A stretch of DNA of 64,000 nucleotides, from NCBI GenBank assembly GCA_964016885.1, contig OZ024744.1:33108001-33172000 (forward strand). The letters are read 5' to 3'. The notes under the pieces are model-generated. The model searched no databases. It had not been told where the DNA came from and saw only the letters and a list, made by a program, of their open reading frames with translations. Below, piece after piece: positions 41,403 through 54,225 of this stretch (the stretch's first letter is position 1; each line of letters starts with the position of its first letter). The stretch comes from Eledone cirrhosa (taxonomy: Eukaryota). The position numbers were made by a program, and so were the translations under genes.

Positions 41403-42555
41403 CTAGTAGCAGAACCCCGCGTTGCACGGGGTAGGAAACGTGAAATAGCAACACGCATATGCAAAGCTTGAGGAATGTAGCTGTGTACTTTTGAATTCCC
41501 TTATTCTCAGGGAATGATTGTTCATCTACTGGAAACATAGAACACCAGCAGGCAGAATCCAGTAGTAGCAGTGTCAGTGGGCTGATTGTGGAAATCCTGT
41601 ATGCGAATGGAGTAAGTAAGTGTTGTGAGGCGATGTATGTCGTAAGTCTGTTCACGAATTACGTCACAGACGGGGAACACACGTCAGTCTGAAGGAGCGA
41701 CGTAGTCAATTGTGTGAAAACCAAGTAGGGATGTACGTTTAAGTAGGGATATTGAGATGACGAAATCAGCGTGGCAACGCAGCTGCAGCAGAAGGGGGTC
41801 ATAGTACAATTAGCACAAACGCTGGGCGTCACTGGTTGCACAGCGTTTACGCAGTAACAACGGTGCGACAAAAGGCATCACCGTGGAATTAGCACAACCG
41901 CTGTTCGGCATACTGCGGTGTAGGTGCAACAAAAAGGGTCTTAGTAGAAGTAGCACAGACGTGCGTTTTACGGTGTCAATAACACGGCAACGTACTCAGG
42001 GCCCGGGTTTGCGCGTGATGAAAGCACGAAGCGTCAAGAGGGCAACGACAACAAATTTAAGGTCCTCCTGATTTCCTCAATCCCCCAAAAATGTTCCTGC
42101 TTAAAAGTAAGTGTTGTGTCCTCTCTTAAATAAACCAAATGTTTAACGAAATATTATACGTTACTTACGATGTTTAAGTAGCGTTTATATTGAAAATGAA
42201 AATGGCATGTAGTACCCAATGCTAATTCGTAAATTTCCTAGAAATCATTAATAGAATCGGAAATTCTTTTTGTACACACCAATGCGAGGGGACTAAACAA
42301 TGTGTGTTGCAAATTTCGAGGAAATCGGCTGGATTATCTTTCAGTTACGCTTCAAAAAAGCCTAAGAATACCTTTAAATATGGGTTTTTGCCTAATGTGG
42401 GCTCTAGGGCAGAAAAAGTTAATTTCTTTTAGTTCATTGCACTTCCAGAAATATAGGTAACGCATGTGTAAAGTTTGAAAAATATCGGTCGGGTACTTCT
42501 CAAGTTTTACGGATTTACACAGACAGACATCCTTTGTTTTATATATAGAGAGAGA
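41403..42555 (-). mobile_element. Non-autonomous Helitron
   Basis: Minus strand starts TCTCTCTATATATAAAAC...GTCTGTCTG and ends with the CCCCGTGCAACGCGGGG hairpin plus CTAG. Confidence 0.8.
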
Positions 42556-42562
42556 TGTATGT

Positions 42563-42658
<96 letters not shown>

Positions 42659-42659
42659 G

Positions 42660-42834
42660 TAATTGTTTCTACTTTTGGCACAAGTACATTACAGGTACTT
42701 TATTTTATCGACCCCGTAAGGATGAAAGGCAAAGTTGACCTCGGCGGAATTTGTACTCAGAATGGCAAGGACCGTAACTCTATGCGTCAAAGCATGGCGT
42801 CCGAACCTCTACCGATACTGCTAATCCACCGCCT
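42660..42834 (-). mobile_element. tRNA-derived SINE (Meta/MESC-like)
   Basis: Same family as 28560-28742. Confidence 0.75.
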
Positions 42835-42839
42835 ATATA

Positions 42840-42885
42840 TAAAATAATAATAATAATAAAATGGGGAGAAGGAGCACACGAGTTG

Positions 42886-42955
<70 letters not shown>

Positions 42956-44406
42956 ATAGGGAGAAATAGACGATTATTAGGAAGAAAAATATTTTGTTTT
43001 CCTTTTTTTTTCTGGGTTAGAAAATGTTTAAAACAAAATATTTTACTTTTAATGAAGTGTTAAGGTATTAGTTAATATATTTATTAATTAAGAATGGCAT
43101 TTATTTATTTATTTATTTATATATTTAATAATTGTCTATTACCGGTTTCAGCATTTTATGCATTATCAAACGGGGGAATTTGTATTGGTGTAAAATGTTG
43201 GTGATGTTGAACATGTTAAGAAAATGAGAAGAAAGAATAATGTTATTTACAAACAAGGTTTTTGAAGTCAGAAGAAAAAAGAAAAAAAAGAGGGTAATGT
43301 GGAACATGATAAGGTAATGTGAAAGAAAAAATAATATTATTTACATGCATAGTTCTTGAAGATAATCAGTTCAAAATGTGTTATTATGGCAAGAGTGCTT
43401 AGTTGATCCATGATGGAAGCAAATGGTAGTCTGGGGTTTGATATGATTTCCCTTTTTAGAGAGTTAATATGCAGGGGGCGGTAATTCAGGGTGGTCGGGC
43501 AGGAGAAAGAGAGGAGAGGGGGTAATTCATTTATATAAGAAAAAGGATTAGGTAGGGGGTGAGGGAGGTAACTCTTTAGAGAACATAGGAATTTGGTTCA
43601 TTGTTCGTTCCAGTTTTAGTTTAGTGCGAAGTTTAGTCCATTAAGTAGAGGTTGGAATTTGTTAATGAAGTACGTTTCCTTATTAGTACGATGGATGAAC
43701 AAAGCGTTGTCTATGAATTTGTAAATGGGGAAAATTTTAAAGTTTGGGTGTTGGTTCGGTGTACAATTGGCGATATATTCACTAAAAGCAATCTTTCTGT
43801 ATTCCTGTATTTTGATTTGTGATCTATGGACGGTCATACGTTGTCGGAAGCTGTTTTTTGTCTGTCCTATGTAGTGCTCTTGACAACCTGAGCAGGTCAA
43901 AACATAGATTAGGTTTTCAGATGCACATGTAAAATTGTGTTAAACTGTGAAATGTCCTTGTTTAAAATGGAATGTTGAACCTTCTAATAGATTTATGCAT
44001 ATGCCACAGTTGGGACTTCTGCATTTTTTTTACTATAGGGTTCATTGTAAGGATTGGTTGGATTTTGGCTTGTGGGAGGATGTATTTTATGGATTTAGGT
44101 TGTCTTTTGCTCTTTATGATGTTGTATGTTTGGAGGATTTTGTTCATTCTTGGGTCTCTTTTTAGTAAAGAAATGTTCTGGAGGATGGTGTCGAATGCCT
44201 CATTGTTGAGGGGGTTGTGTGTGGAGATGTCTGCTGCGGTTCATTCCTGGCTTTGGGGTGTCTGAGTTCCTGGATGGTGAGTTTTAGGGCACGTTGGAAT
44301 CCATTGTTGATTAGGGATAGTGTGTAGTTTCTGCTGATAAGTGTGTTCTTAAATTCTTCTAGTTGTGTGTAGCATGTGTATTTATCTGAAACTATTGTGC
44401 AGATCC

Positions 44407-44411
<5 letters not shown>
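42840..44411 (-). mobile_element. PLE 3' fragment (thumb, Cys linker, GIY-YIG, pLTR)
   Basis: ENLIYVLTCSGCQEHYIGQT...RMTVHRSQI...KETYFINKFQPLLN at 43616-43920; HHR variant at 43136-43173. Confidence 0.85.
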
Positions 44412-44470
<59 letters not shown>

Positions 44471-44524
44471 GAAAGAATGAAGAATAACATGCATAACATA
44501 TACAATAGGGTTTATTTCAAGCAT

Positions 44525-44679
<155 letters not shown>

Positions 44680-44811
44680 CACATACATTTTGAGTGAACG
44701 TAAGCTGAAAATCAAATTGCTTCAAGAGTTTTTTACAACGTACATTTATTTTTCGTACTGAAAACTTGAGTCGTACCTTTTAACTTTAAGCAAATATACA
44801 TTCAAAATAAG

Positions 44812-44843
<32 letters not shown>

Positions 44844-45021
44844 TATATATATGTAAATTTTTATTGCATTTTTCTGCTCTTATTTTTCATATTTTTTCCG
44901 CCTCAATTACCTCATATAAATTTTGATCTTACGCTTATCTACCCCCTCCCCCATTATGTATCCTGCTAATGTTCTTGTCACAAAGTTTTGATCTTATATT
45001 TGTGTTTGACTTTTGTTATCA

Positions 45022-45066
45022 ATTCCGATGAGACCGGCCTCGTGCTAGGATGAAACGATCGTCAAT
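45022..45066 (+). ncRNA. Minimal hammerhead variant (CCGATGA)
   Basis: ATT-CCGATGA...GAAA-CGATCG-TC-AAT with a palindromic loop. Core U4C change. Confidence 0.5.
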
Positions 45067-45102
45067 GAAATGTTTTCTTATTGTCATTGTATATATATAT
45101 AT

Positions 45103-46127
45103 ATACAACAAGTTATGAAATGAAAGGAGCTGTGTGGTTACCAAAAACAAGGTGGTTAGGACGGAACAGGAGAAGAAAGGAAGAAAGGAGTTTCCATCGT
45201 CAGCTGTAAATGTTTCCCGAACCGATGTTTCGGCGTTGAATTACAGGACATCGGTGTAGTTCGGGTGCACCCGAGGCCTTTTATTAATCAAAAGGCCAGG
45301 TGGAAAAGGAGAGAGAAAGGGAGAAAAAAGGGGAGAAAAAAGGAGAGAGAAAAGGAAAGAGGGGGAAAGAAGGAAGAACAGAGGGGAGGGAGAGGATGAA
45401 AGGGGGAAGGGAAAGGGGAAAATACGAAAGGAATAGGAGAAAAAAGTGTACAGGTCCCATCGTGGGAAGACACAGGTGAAAGAAACATGCAAAAGAGTAA
45501 CCGTGGAAAAATAGGGAAAGTAAGTTGTGGCCAACCTGGGAGACTTTAGCCTGGTGGTCAGCTACGACTCAGAGCTGGTATGATCGTGCTGCCTCTCCCA
45601 TCGACAGGAGAAAGTGAGAGAGAGACACGGGCAACCAAGAGTGAGGAGGAGAAGAGAAAGGGAGATAATCCAGAAGGTTTTTTTAACGACGGTGGTAAAA
45701 ACGTGCCGCAAAGATTGCGGACAGAGAGGCCACCACGCCACGTGTAAACATGTCAACAATCAAAACCGAACGGATGGATAGAAAGAGAGAGAGTGGGAGA
45801 GAAAAAAACGAGAGTGAGGAGAAGGGAAGAGAGAAGGGAGGGTCGATGCGAAAGTGTGGAGGGAACACGATCGACCAAAGCAGGTAGTGTCACTGCGGTA
45901 AATACAACAAGTTATGAAACGAAAGGAGCTGTGTGGTTACTAAAAACAAGGTTTAGAATGGTGGTTAGGACGGAACAGGAGAAAGGAAGAAAGGAGTTTC
46001 CATCGTCAGCTGTAAATATTTCCCGAACCGATGTTTCGGCGCTGAATTACCGGACATCGGTGTAGTTCGGGTTAATCAAAAGGCCAGGTGGAAAAGGAGA
46101 GAGAAAGAGAGAAAAAAAGGGGAGAAT

Positions 46128-46130
<3 letters not shown>
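45103..46130 (-). mobile_element. ORF-less ~800-bp unit with ~230-bp direct repeat carrying permuted hammerhead
   Basis: 45103-45345 is repeated at 45902-46125; (TA)n on both sides. Confidence 0.75.
45187..45265 (-). ncRNA. Candidate non-circularly permuted hammerhead (second copy 45993-46071)
   Basis: ACCGATG-TC-CTGTAA..CC-GAAA-CATCGGT..TTACAG-CTGACGA-TGG. Confidence 0.6.
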
Positions 46131-46182
<52 letters not shown>

Positions 46183-46185
<3 letters not shown>

Positions 46186-46475
46186 TATTTGGGGGAGGTC
46201 ATATTGTTATAATATTGCCAGAAATAGTAATAAAACACACTCACTGTTTTGATTGGATTGGTTTTCGCGTCTTTATATTTTATATTTTCAGTTAATTTAT
46301 CTGGCAATCGATGTTTATCATTGACTGAGCTTTATAGATTATGATTGTCCAACCGTTAAAAATATAGATATAAATACATGTATATAGTCTATCAAATTGC
46401 TTTCGTCATACATCTGTGACATCATCAGTGGTACTATTATGTTTCCTCCCGTTGTATTGTAATGACTACGCCATA
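46183..46475 (-). mobile_element. pLTR related to the 20-26 kb Penelope family
   Basis: TTGGGGGAGGTCATAT end; HHR-like CTGATGA-T-GTCACA GATG TATGAC-GAAA at ~46390-46433. Confidence 0.7.
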
Positions 46476-46479
46476 TATA

Positions 46480-46677
46480 TATTAATAAAAGGATTCCAAC
46501 TTTGTCTGATTTACTCGTTTTATTTACAATCCTTTAAAATTATAATGATATTATAATGAAATAATATGGTAGAATATTAAATGTTAAGTGTTAATTGAAC
46601 AAGTACTTTCATGCTTACGCAATCTTCAGGTTCATATTCTGTGGTGACAGTCAAGTTTGCAATTTTCAACTGTGTTG
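46480..46677 (-). mobile_element. HHR-bearing pLTR, same family as 11284-11475
   Basis: Near-identical in reverse; HHR at ~46595-46635. Confidence 0.75.
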
Positions 46678-46909
46678 ATATATATGGTTTATATAGTTTA
46701 TATATAGTTTATATAGTTATATAGTTTATATAGTTATATAGTTTATATATATGTAAACTGTAATAAAGTAAGAAGCGCGGGATTGCATACGGTTTATAAT
46801 TTGTTATCCCCTTAGTAAAATATGTTGGATTACTTTGAATAAAAACCTGTCAAAGGGCAAAGGAGCTCTTAAGAGTCAATGGCCATCCAAAATCACCGGG
46901 AGAGATGAC

Positions 46910-47306
46910 CCCTTAGCCTTTGTCAAAGCAGAATTCTAGGAGAAGGAAAACTCTGATATAACACCTGCAACCCTGATGGTATCCAATGATGTTGACTTGT
47001 TCTTCTTTTTGGTAAAGATCATCTTGGTTAAGAGAGAGGGACTGGCTTTGTGCAGTGCCTTTGCTCACTATAAAAGCTTCACGGCACAGGCATTGCTTTA
47101 TATCTGGAGATCTCTCTGCACTTGTCGTCACATGGTACCATGGGCCCAGCACTATGTGTCAATAATTGTCACAAGTGTAGTGTTTGTACCAGAGTTTTCA
47201 AGTCGCTGGCTGGACTAAAAAGTCACACTCGTTCAGCGTATCGGAAGGGGTTTTCCTACATGGATATAAAGTAGTGGCCGTACTCGAAAACGAGTTGGCA
47301 GCTACC

Positions 47307-47339
<33 letters not shown>

Positions 47340-47960
47340 TGTATGTATGTATGTATGTATGTATGTATGTTAATCCACTGGGAGTGAAGGACCAGGCATT
47401 GCACGATAGAATTAATTAATAATTATTAATAATGGTATATCGTGCAATGGACATACTAGATAACGAGGGCGCAGCCATCATCATCATCATGTATACATGT
47501 ACATATGTATGTATATGTATATGTGTATATACATGGGTGCATGTGTATGTATATGCGCGGAGTCATAGAAATAGTCGGGCAGGACAGCCGATCGCGCGGT
47601 TAAACCACTGGGAGTGACGGACCCCTAGCCTTTGTCAGGGCATTCTTCTAGGAGAAGGCAACTCAGGAAACTGGGATAACTCCGACATAAAACCTGCGGC
47701 TCAGTAGTTACCGATGATGTTGATCTTTTCTTCTTTTCGGGTTATAGCTACTGTCGCTCAGAGAGTGGGATTGGCTCAGTGCACAGTCTTTCCTCACTTG
47801 AAAAAATATCTTCACGCACAGGCATTGTACGATATAATTAATTAATAATTAATCGTGCAATGGCCATGCTCGATAATGAGGGGGCAGCCATCATGTATGT
47901 ATGTATGTATGTATGTATGTATGTATGTATGTATGTATGTATGTATGTATGTATGTATGT
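46910..47960 (+). mobile_element. SINE/RTE-related repeats with (TATG)n tails
   Basis: Two related copies begin TAGCCTTTGTCA...CTAGGAGAAGG (46913 and 47626) and end in (ATGT)n. Confidence 0.5.
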
Positions 47961-48944
47961 ATGTATATATGTATGTATGCATGTATGTATGTATGGATGT
48001 ATGTGTGTATATATATATATGTATATGTATGTATATGCATGTATGTATGTGTGTTCATGTGTGTGTGTTTTGAGGGTATGTGCGCATATATATATATATT
48101 CTGATCTGACCTACTTGCGGGAAATTTAGCTTTGTTAAGAGATAATAGAACATTTTTAAAGGCTTTTGTTCGTCTTTTAGTTTAACCGATAATTGACCGG
48201 AGAATATTAGCTAGTTATTCTTTCTATCGTTATATTTTACTTTCTCTGCGTTGGCTTTGACGGATTATTGCATTCTTTTGGACGTCAAGATAGGTAAATC
48301 AGGATTTCGTTAATTTTGCAAATCTCTGATTGCGTGATTGATCTTGTTTGAACACGTTTCGCATTCGTCTGTATATATCATATTCATTTGTATGTAAATA
48401 ATGACATTGATGTCTACCTTTTGCGTCGCATTTTGTTAACGTATTTTCTGATACCATATTTATACTTTTCATCTTGGATTTATTTGGTTTATTACTTCAA
48501 TGGCTTAGGTATTTTCTTGGTTTTCATTATTTTTTGGTTTTTGATGTTATGTTGTGAGAACTAGATTTCCTGATGTGCAGCATCACATCATCTAAGTGGA
48601 TAGTTTGAGGGTTTAAAGTTGAAAAAGAACGGGAGGAGGTGGATTACGGCTTATTACGTAATGAGGTCGTAGTCGTTCCAGATAATAATACCTTTGGCTT
48701 TATTATATAGAAACTACGGAATAAGACAGCTGCAACTTAAATACACCTCCCTTCTCCATTAGGTGGATATTGCGGTCCGATTGCGTGAGCTGAGTTTGGG
48801 AGAATGGTTGGTCCACGTTTGATTTGCTGAATTTGGGGGATGATTACAGTTTATATGACAGGAGTCATGGGTACAGGTTGGTGTTAGGTTTAGTGTGTTT
48901 GCTGAGGGCTAGTAGATTGATGGGAGCAATAACGAACTTCCTCC

Positions 48945-49620
48945 AGCAGACAACTGATGAAGGAAAATGTTCTCCTGTTCTTGCTTTCCTCTTTTTATAA
49001 GTACACCATATCCAGCAACCACGCAGCCCCTTTATTCTTAAATTTGTATCAAGTTTCGCTGTGACCTATCCTCTCTTTCTCACTATCTATTTTGTTGCTA
49101 TCAACTCTTCCCCCTTTCATCCTCTCCCTTTCTCCCTCTCACTTTCACTCTCTCCCTCTCTGCAAGCCCCTTCACTGTTCTCTCGCCTGTTCCTCTAGCT
49201 GTCTCTTTCTCACTCTCGCGGAGGTCAGACGTGTTTTTTTTTCTCGTCCACACAAATCTCGAACTTAAGTTCAGCAATTGATGTTGACTTTAATTTTTCT
49301 CTCTTTCTTACAGTTACTCACATACATGTGCTTCGGGTTTCCCTCTTCGACTTGTTGTTTCCCTTTTTTTTTCGCTGTTTTTTTTCCTTTTTCTTTTCTC
49401 TTCCCATCTGTTACTATTTCTTCTCTCACTTTCCCTTTTTTTCCCCAATAACTTCCTTGAGTTATTGACGCCCTGGGGTGAGACATATTGTCTTTAATGG
49501 GTTGAAATGTCCCAAACCCGCAGAAGACAACTGGTGAAGGAAAATGTTCTCCCGTTCTTGCTTTCCTCTTCGTATAAGTACACCTTATCCACCAACTACA
49601 CAGCTCGTTGATTCTTAAAT
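48945..49620 (+). mobile_element. ORF-less 577-bp unit with ~95-bp direct repeat carrying permuted hammerhead
   Basis: 48948-49043 is repeated at 49525-49620; CT-rich interior; ends in (TA)n. Confidence 0.7.
49475..49552 (+). ncRNA. Candidate non-circularly permuted hammerhead
   Basis: GACA-TA-TTGTCTTT..GAAA-TGTC..GAAGACAA-CTGGTGA. The upstream repeat has intact CTGATGA at 48954. Confidence 0.55.
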
Positions 49621-49644
49621 ATATATATATATACATACATATAC

Positions 49645-49716
<72 letters not shown>

Positions 49717-49893
49717 TTAAAGGTTAAACAAGGTTCAATGAATAAATCAAAGAATGAGTTTTACAAAAGATTGGAAGCACTCAACAGCAATGGTTTTCCG
49801 GAGTTATTAATATTAATTTAAAATATTAACAAAATTAACTACCATGACTGAATCTTAACCATCTACCATGTCAGGGTATGTCATGCATCATCT

Positions 49894-49960
49894 TATTTTA
49901 TCTGATGAGGACGTACTGTTGAAGTTAACTCAGTACCTCTGAAATATGTATAATAAAATA
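49894..49960 (+). ncRNA. Minimal type I hammerhead ribozyme
   Basis: TATTTTAT-CTGATGA-..GTACTG..CAGTAC..-GAAA-TATGTA-TA-ATAAAATA with an 8-bp stem I, inside fold-back insertion 49718-50010. Confidence 0.8.
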
Positions 49961-50000
49961 TACTTGATCACAAGAATATCTATTTTGTTAATATTTTAAA

Positions 50001-50066
<66 letters not shown>

Positions 50067-50158
50067 CGGTGGCCTCGGGACCCCCTGCTGGTCCTTTAAA
50101 CTTGTTCTGGTGACGCAGCTCGATGGAGTATGCAACTATTGATATACTCTTGTTTATA

Positions 50159-50205
50159 GGCTCTGATGATTCCTGCCATGGGGTATGGATGAAACACTGT
50201 TAGCT
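50159..50205 (+). ncRNA. Minimal type I hammerhead ribozyme
   Basis: GGCT-CTGATGA-T-TCC TGCC..GGTA T GGA-T-GAAA-CACTG-TT-AGCT. Confidence 0.7.
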
Positions 50206-50296
50206 AATAAAACAATTTATTTCTAAGTACTCTTTGGTTATTCCTATAACTATATATATATATTGTGAAATGTGTGGTCTTGTTTTGCTTAACTAA

Positions 50297-50355
<59 letters not shown>

Positions 50356-50717
50356 GTGTATAGTTATGAGAGAGAAAGAGAGAGAGCGGACAAACCGATC
50401 GACACAGACAGGAAGAGATAGAAAGTATATATAAAGCTAGTGAGGTCTTCATTATTACGATACTGTTTATGTCCCTTATTAAAGCTTATTTGTTTGTTTG
50501 TTGGTATGTTTATATCTATCTCCAAAATGTGTTCTTTTCAAACATCTCCCACACATATTTTTATCTGTGAACACATAGTGAGTTCCATACCCCATGGGAT
50601 AGAAAGTATGCAATAATTGAAAGCGGAAAGAGTTGTTACTTTGGCATTTAAATTGTTTAAGGTTTACATTGCTTATTTCTTCTGTATTTTACTGTCTCTG
50701 TTTCAGTTACTTTTCTC

Positions 50718-50790
<73 letters not shown>

Positions 50791-51377
50791 CTCTCTCTCT
50801 CTCTCCCTCTCTCTCTCTCTCTCTGTATATACATACATACATGTGTACATATATATGCATACATTTATACATACATACACATACACATATTTATATATAT
50901 ATACATTTATATTCGGGATGTTTTTGTTTTTTGTTGTTGCAAGTTTCGTCCTCAAATCTGGTTGACGTCGTTTCAAGCCATAAATATTTCTTTGTGTGTA
51001 TAAGACACTTTAAGTGAGGCTTCAAGTGAGGTGTCTTACCAATGGTCATATTTTAAATGACATTAACACACAAAAAATACATGTGCTCTTCAGGAAACCA
51101 TCTGCTTGTTGTTTCTCAGATTCCATGAGATAAAACATTTCGCCTGAGGATAGAATTCCATTCTGTTGAATGGAGATGATATAGCAGGTATCACAGGATG
51201 TTCTTTTGCCGGGGAACACACTTGATGTGTGCCGCATAACTTAGAGTGTACATTTGCCGCTCCACTACACACTTGCTCCTCCTTTCTTTTATTTGCTTAT
51301 TATTTCATATACATGCAAACGCACCTTTTATTTTTACCTTTTCTCGCCCTCTTTCTTTCTTTCTTTCTTTCTTTCTT

Positions 51378-51388
51378 GTTGTTGCTGC

Positions 51389-51428
<40 letters not shown>

Positions 51429-51625
51429 CTTCTTCTTCTTCTTCTTCTTCTTCTTCTTCTTCTTCTTCTTCTTCTTCTAGTCCTCAAACACTTCTTCCAG
51501 AAGGTCCTACCAGAAGCAACCGTCCCCAACTGGTCTAGCTAGATCTCCAAGTGGTACCAGCCAAGCTCATGGATGTTACCCAACGATCTTGCTCAAGGAC
51601 TACCCCTGGGTCTCCGGCCGGTTGG
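51378..51625 (-). mobile_element. RTE-like LINE 3' end with (GAA)n(AAC)n tail
   Basis: RRPRGSP*...NIHELGWYHLEI*LDQLGTVASGRTFW; homologous to 1-185. Confidence 0.6.
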
Positions 51626-52084
51626 TTTTGACCGTAAAATCTGTCCACCTGCTCTCTGCTGGAATTTGAAACTGTCGAAAATATATAGTTTTTTCGCCTA
51701 TGTAGATGGGCTGATTATAAATATTGGCCCATAAAACTTGTCAAGGGCCCAGACCAGATTTGAAATGTTGGTGCCTAAAGCTCGTAATAGGTTCAAACCA
51801 GATATAAAATATATAAGGCCTCCAAACCTTGTAATAAGTCCAGATATAGGTTACATTTATATGAATGCAAATTATAGAATGCATGGTGAATTTACAGAAC
51901 CGAATGAGAGAACTAGAATAATTTATTTTTAAAATATGAAGGATTCTTTGTCAAAAGACATCCCTTTGGTTTTAAATGAAGGTAGGAAATCTCCTTCAAC
52001 ATAAATTGCCCATTGTCAACTGGACCACCGAATCCTTTCTCTCTTCCATCCTGTGTGTAGCGACTTCACAGCATCTGAAACTTA

Positions 52085-52635
52085 AGTATCGGTAGAGCGT
52101 CAGGTACCATGCTTTGCAGCATAGAGTTACGGGCCTTTACGTTCTGAGTTCAAATCCCGTCGAGTTTGGCTTTGCCTTTCACCCTTACGGGGTCGATAAA
52201 ATACACCACCAGTAATGCACTTGGGTCGATTTAATCGATTTTCCCCTCACTCTAAATTGTTGACATTTTGCTTTAATCAGAAGATTACGAGGTCGATAAA
52301 ATAAAGTACCAGTAATACACTGGGTAATTGCTGGCCTTGTGCCAAAAGTAGAAACAATTATAATAATAAATATAAGGCAAGAATTTTTGAAATTGTTGAT
52401 GACATAGAATCCATTTTGTATGCTATCTAAACTGACAAGTGTTTTAAATAATATAATAAATACACAGTGTTGATAAATTTGATATTTGAGTCAAAATCTG
52501 GAATGCCACCAACTCCAAACCCATAGGAAACGCAAAGATGACCTCGGCGGGATTTGAACTCAGGGAGGAGAGAGCTGGAACGAACACCATAAACATTTTA
52601 TCCGACGTTCTAACGACTCTGCAATTCGCCGCCTA
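52085..52635. mobile_element. tRNA-derived SINE copies (Meta/MESC-like)
   Basis: B-box and domain motifs at 52085-52360 (+) and 52530-52635 (-). Confidence 0.65.
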
Positions 52636-53773
52636 CTCCAGAATCATAATACTTTGTAAAAACTACAAAAGATATGCGAAAAGATATATAATGTATCTTA
52701 TGTAAATATCTATTGGCTGTGTCACGCCTGTTGAAAGTTATAAGATACTTTCAATACAATTTTTGCCATGTCTTATCTCTTGCTTCGTACAACACATTTC
52801 TAACTGCAAAGTCATCGTCTATATTAACATGTCGTTGAATGGACAACTTATATTTACAACACCCTAAACAGTAATTATACTTTCCTATCAGGAAAACTGA
52901 ATTTTCTGAAGAATTTTATGAAAGCCGAAGATAAACGATACTCCATGATTCACACACTGTGTTGAATTATCTCCAACAATCTTTCTTGAATGACCTGTGT
53001 GTGCATGTGTATGTGTGTGCTGTGTGTGTGAGTGGAGTGTGTGTGTGTGCCTGTGTTTGTTTGTTTTTTTTGTGTGTGTGTGTGAGTGTGTATGTGACTG
53101 TGTTTGTTAATCTGTGTGTGTTAGAGAGAGTGTGTGTGTATGTGGGTGTGAGTATGTGTGTGGCTGTGTTTGTTAATGTGTGTGAGAAAGAGAGAGGGTG
53201 TGTTTATGTGAGTGTGCGTATGTGTGTGTGGCTGTGTTTGTTAATGTATGTGTGTGTGAGAGTGTGTGTGTGTGTGTGTGTGTGGCTGTGTTTGTTAATG
53301 TGTGTGTGTGTGAGAGAGAGTGTGTGTGTGGCTGTTGTATCTCGGTTTATTCTGATGACGTGTGTGTGTAAGCAGGTGGCTGAGCATTTCTCAAGCATGT
53401 ACTCCACTAATATAGTTCTCAGGCATAACCAACGTAACTCTTTGAATGACAACTACACCTCATTTTTGCCAGCTGGGTGGACTTGAGTAATGTGAAATAA
53501 AGTGTCTTGCTCAAGGACACAATGCATCATCCGCTCCGAGAATCGAACTCACCACCTTACGATCGTGTGCCGAATTCTCTAACCCTGTTTCCACGCATCT
53601 TCATTCTTGGAAGGTATATTTATATATTCTCGATATGCTAAATAATTTTCTTCGTGTTTACCATAATTATTTTTCGTCATTAAATACAAAATTATGTGCA
53701 AGCAATTATATTCATATATCCGGGTTTTGTGTAGGTGTGTATTGCTTTTGGGCAGAGCTTGTGTGTATATATT

Positions 53774-53902
<129 letters not shown>

Positions 53903-54027
53903 GCGTGTGTGTGGGTATGTGTGTGAGTATATATATGTATGTAAAAGGTAAACAGAAATAACCACACAATCCGTACAGTATAGGGAAGGTATATATTAGG
54001 TTAACGCTTGATATAGCAGGAAGAGGG

Positions 54028-54063
54028 TCTTAACGTTTCGGACGCTAGTCTTTCATCAGAAGA
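54028..54063 (-). ncRNA. Minimal hammerhead in (CA)n-associated element 53941-54110
   Basis: TCTT-CTGATGA-AA-GAC TAGC GTC-C-GAAA-CG-TT-AAGA. The copy at 18658-18683 has lost the GAAA. Confidence 0.65.
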
Positions 54064-54225
54064 AAGAATGAGAAATAAAATAGATTGAGGGGACGGGCGG
54101 GATGAAATTGGAAAAAATATATTTAGATAAGAATAGTAAATCAGAATGGCTGCAGTAAAAACCATTTAAACCATTACTCACCAGAGTACTCGATAGGAGT
54201 TGAGTGGGTAATCTGAAGGATTCGG

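Noticed and set aside
49460-49497. Ordinary type I HHR reading (TTGACG-CCCTGGGGT-GAGA)
   Set aside because: It needs three core defects and has no good stem I; the permuted reading pairs far better.
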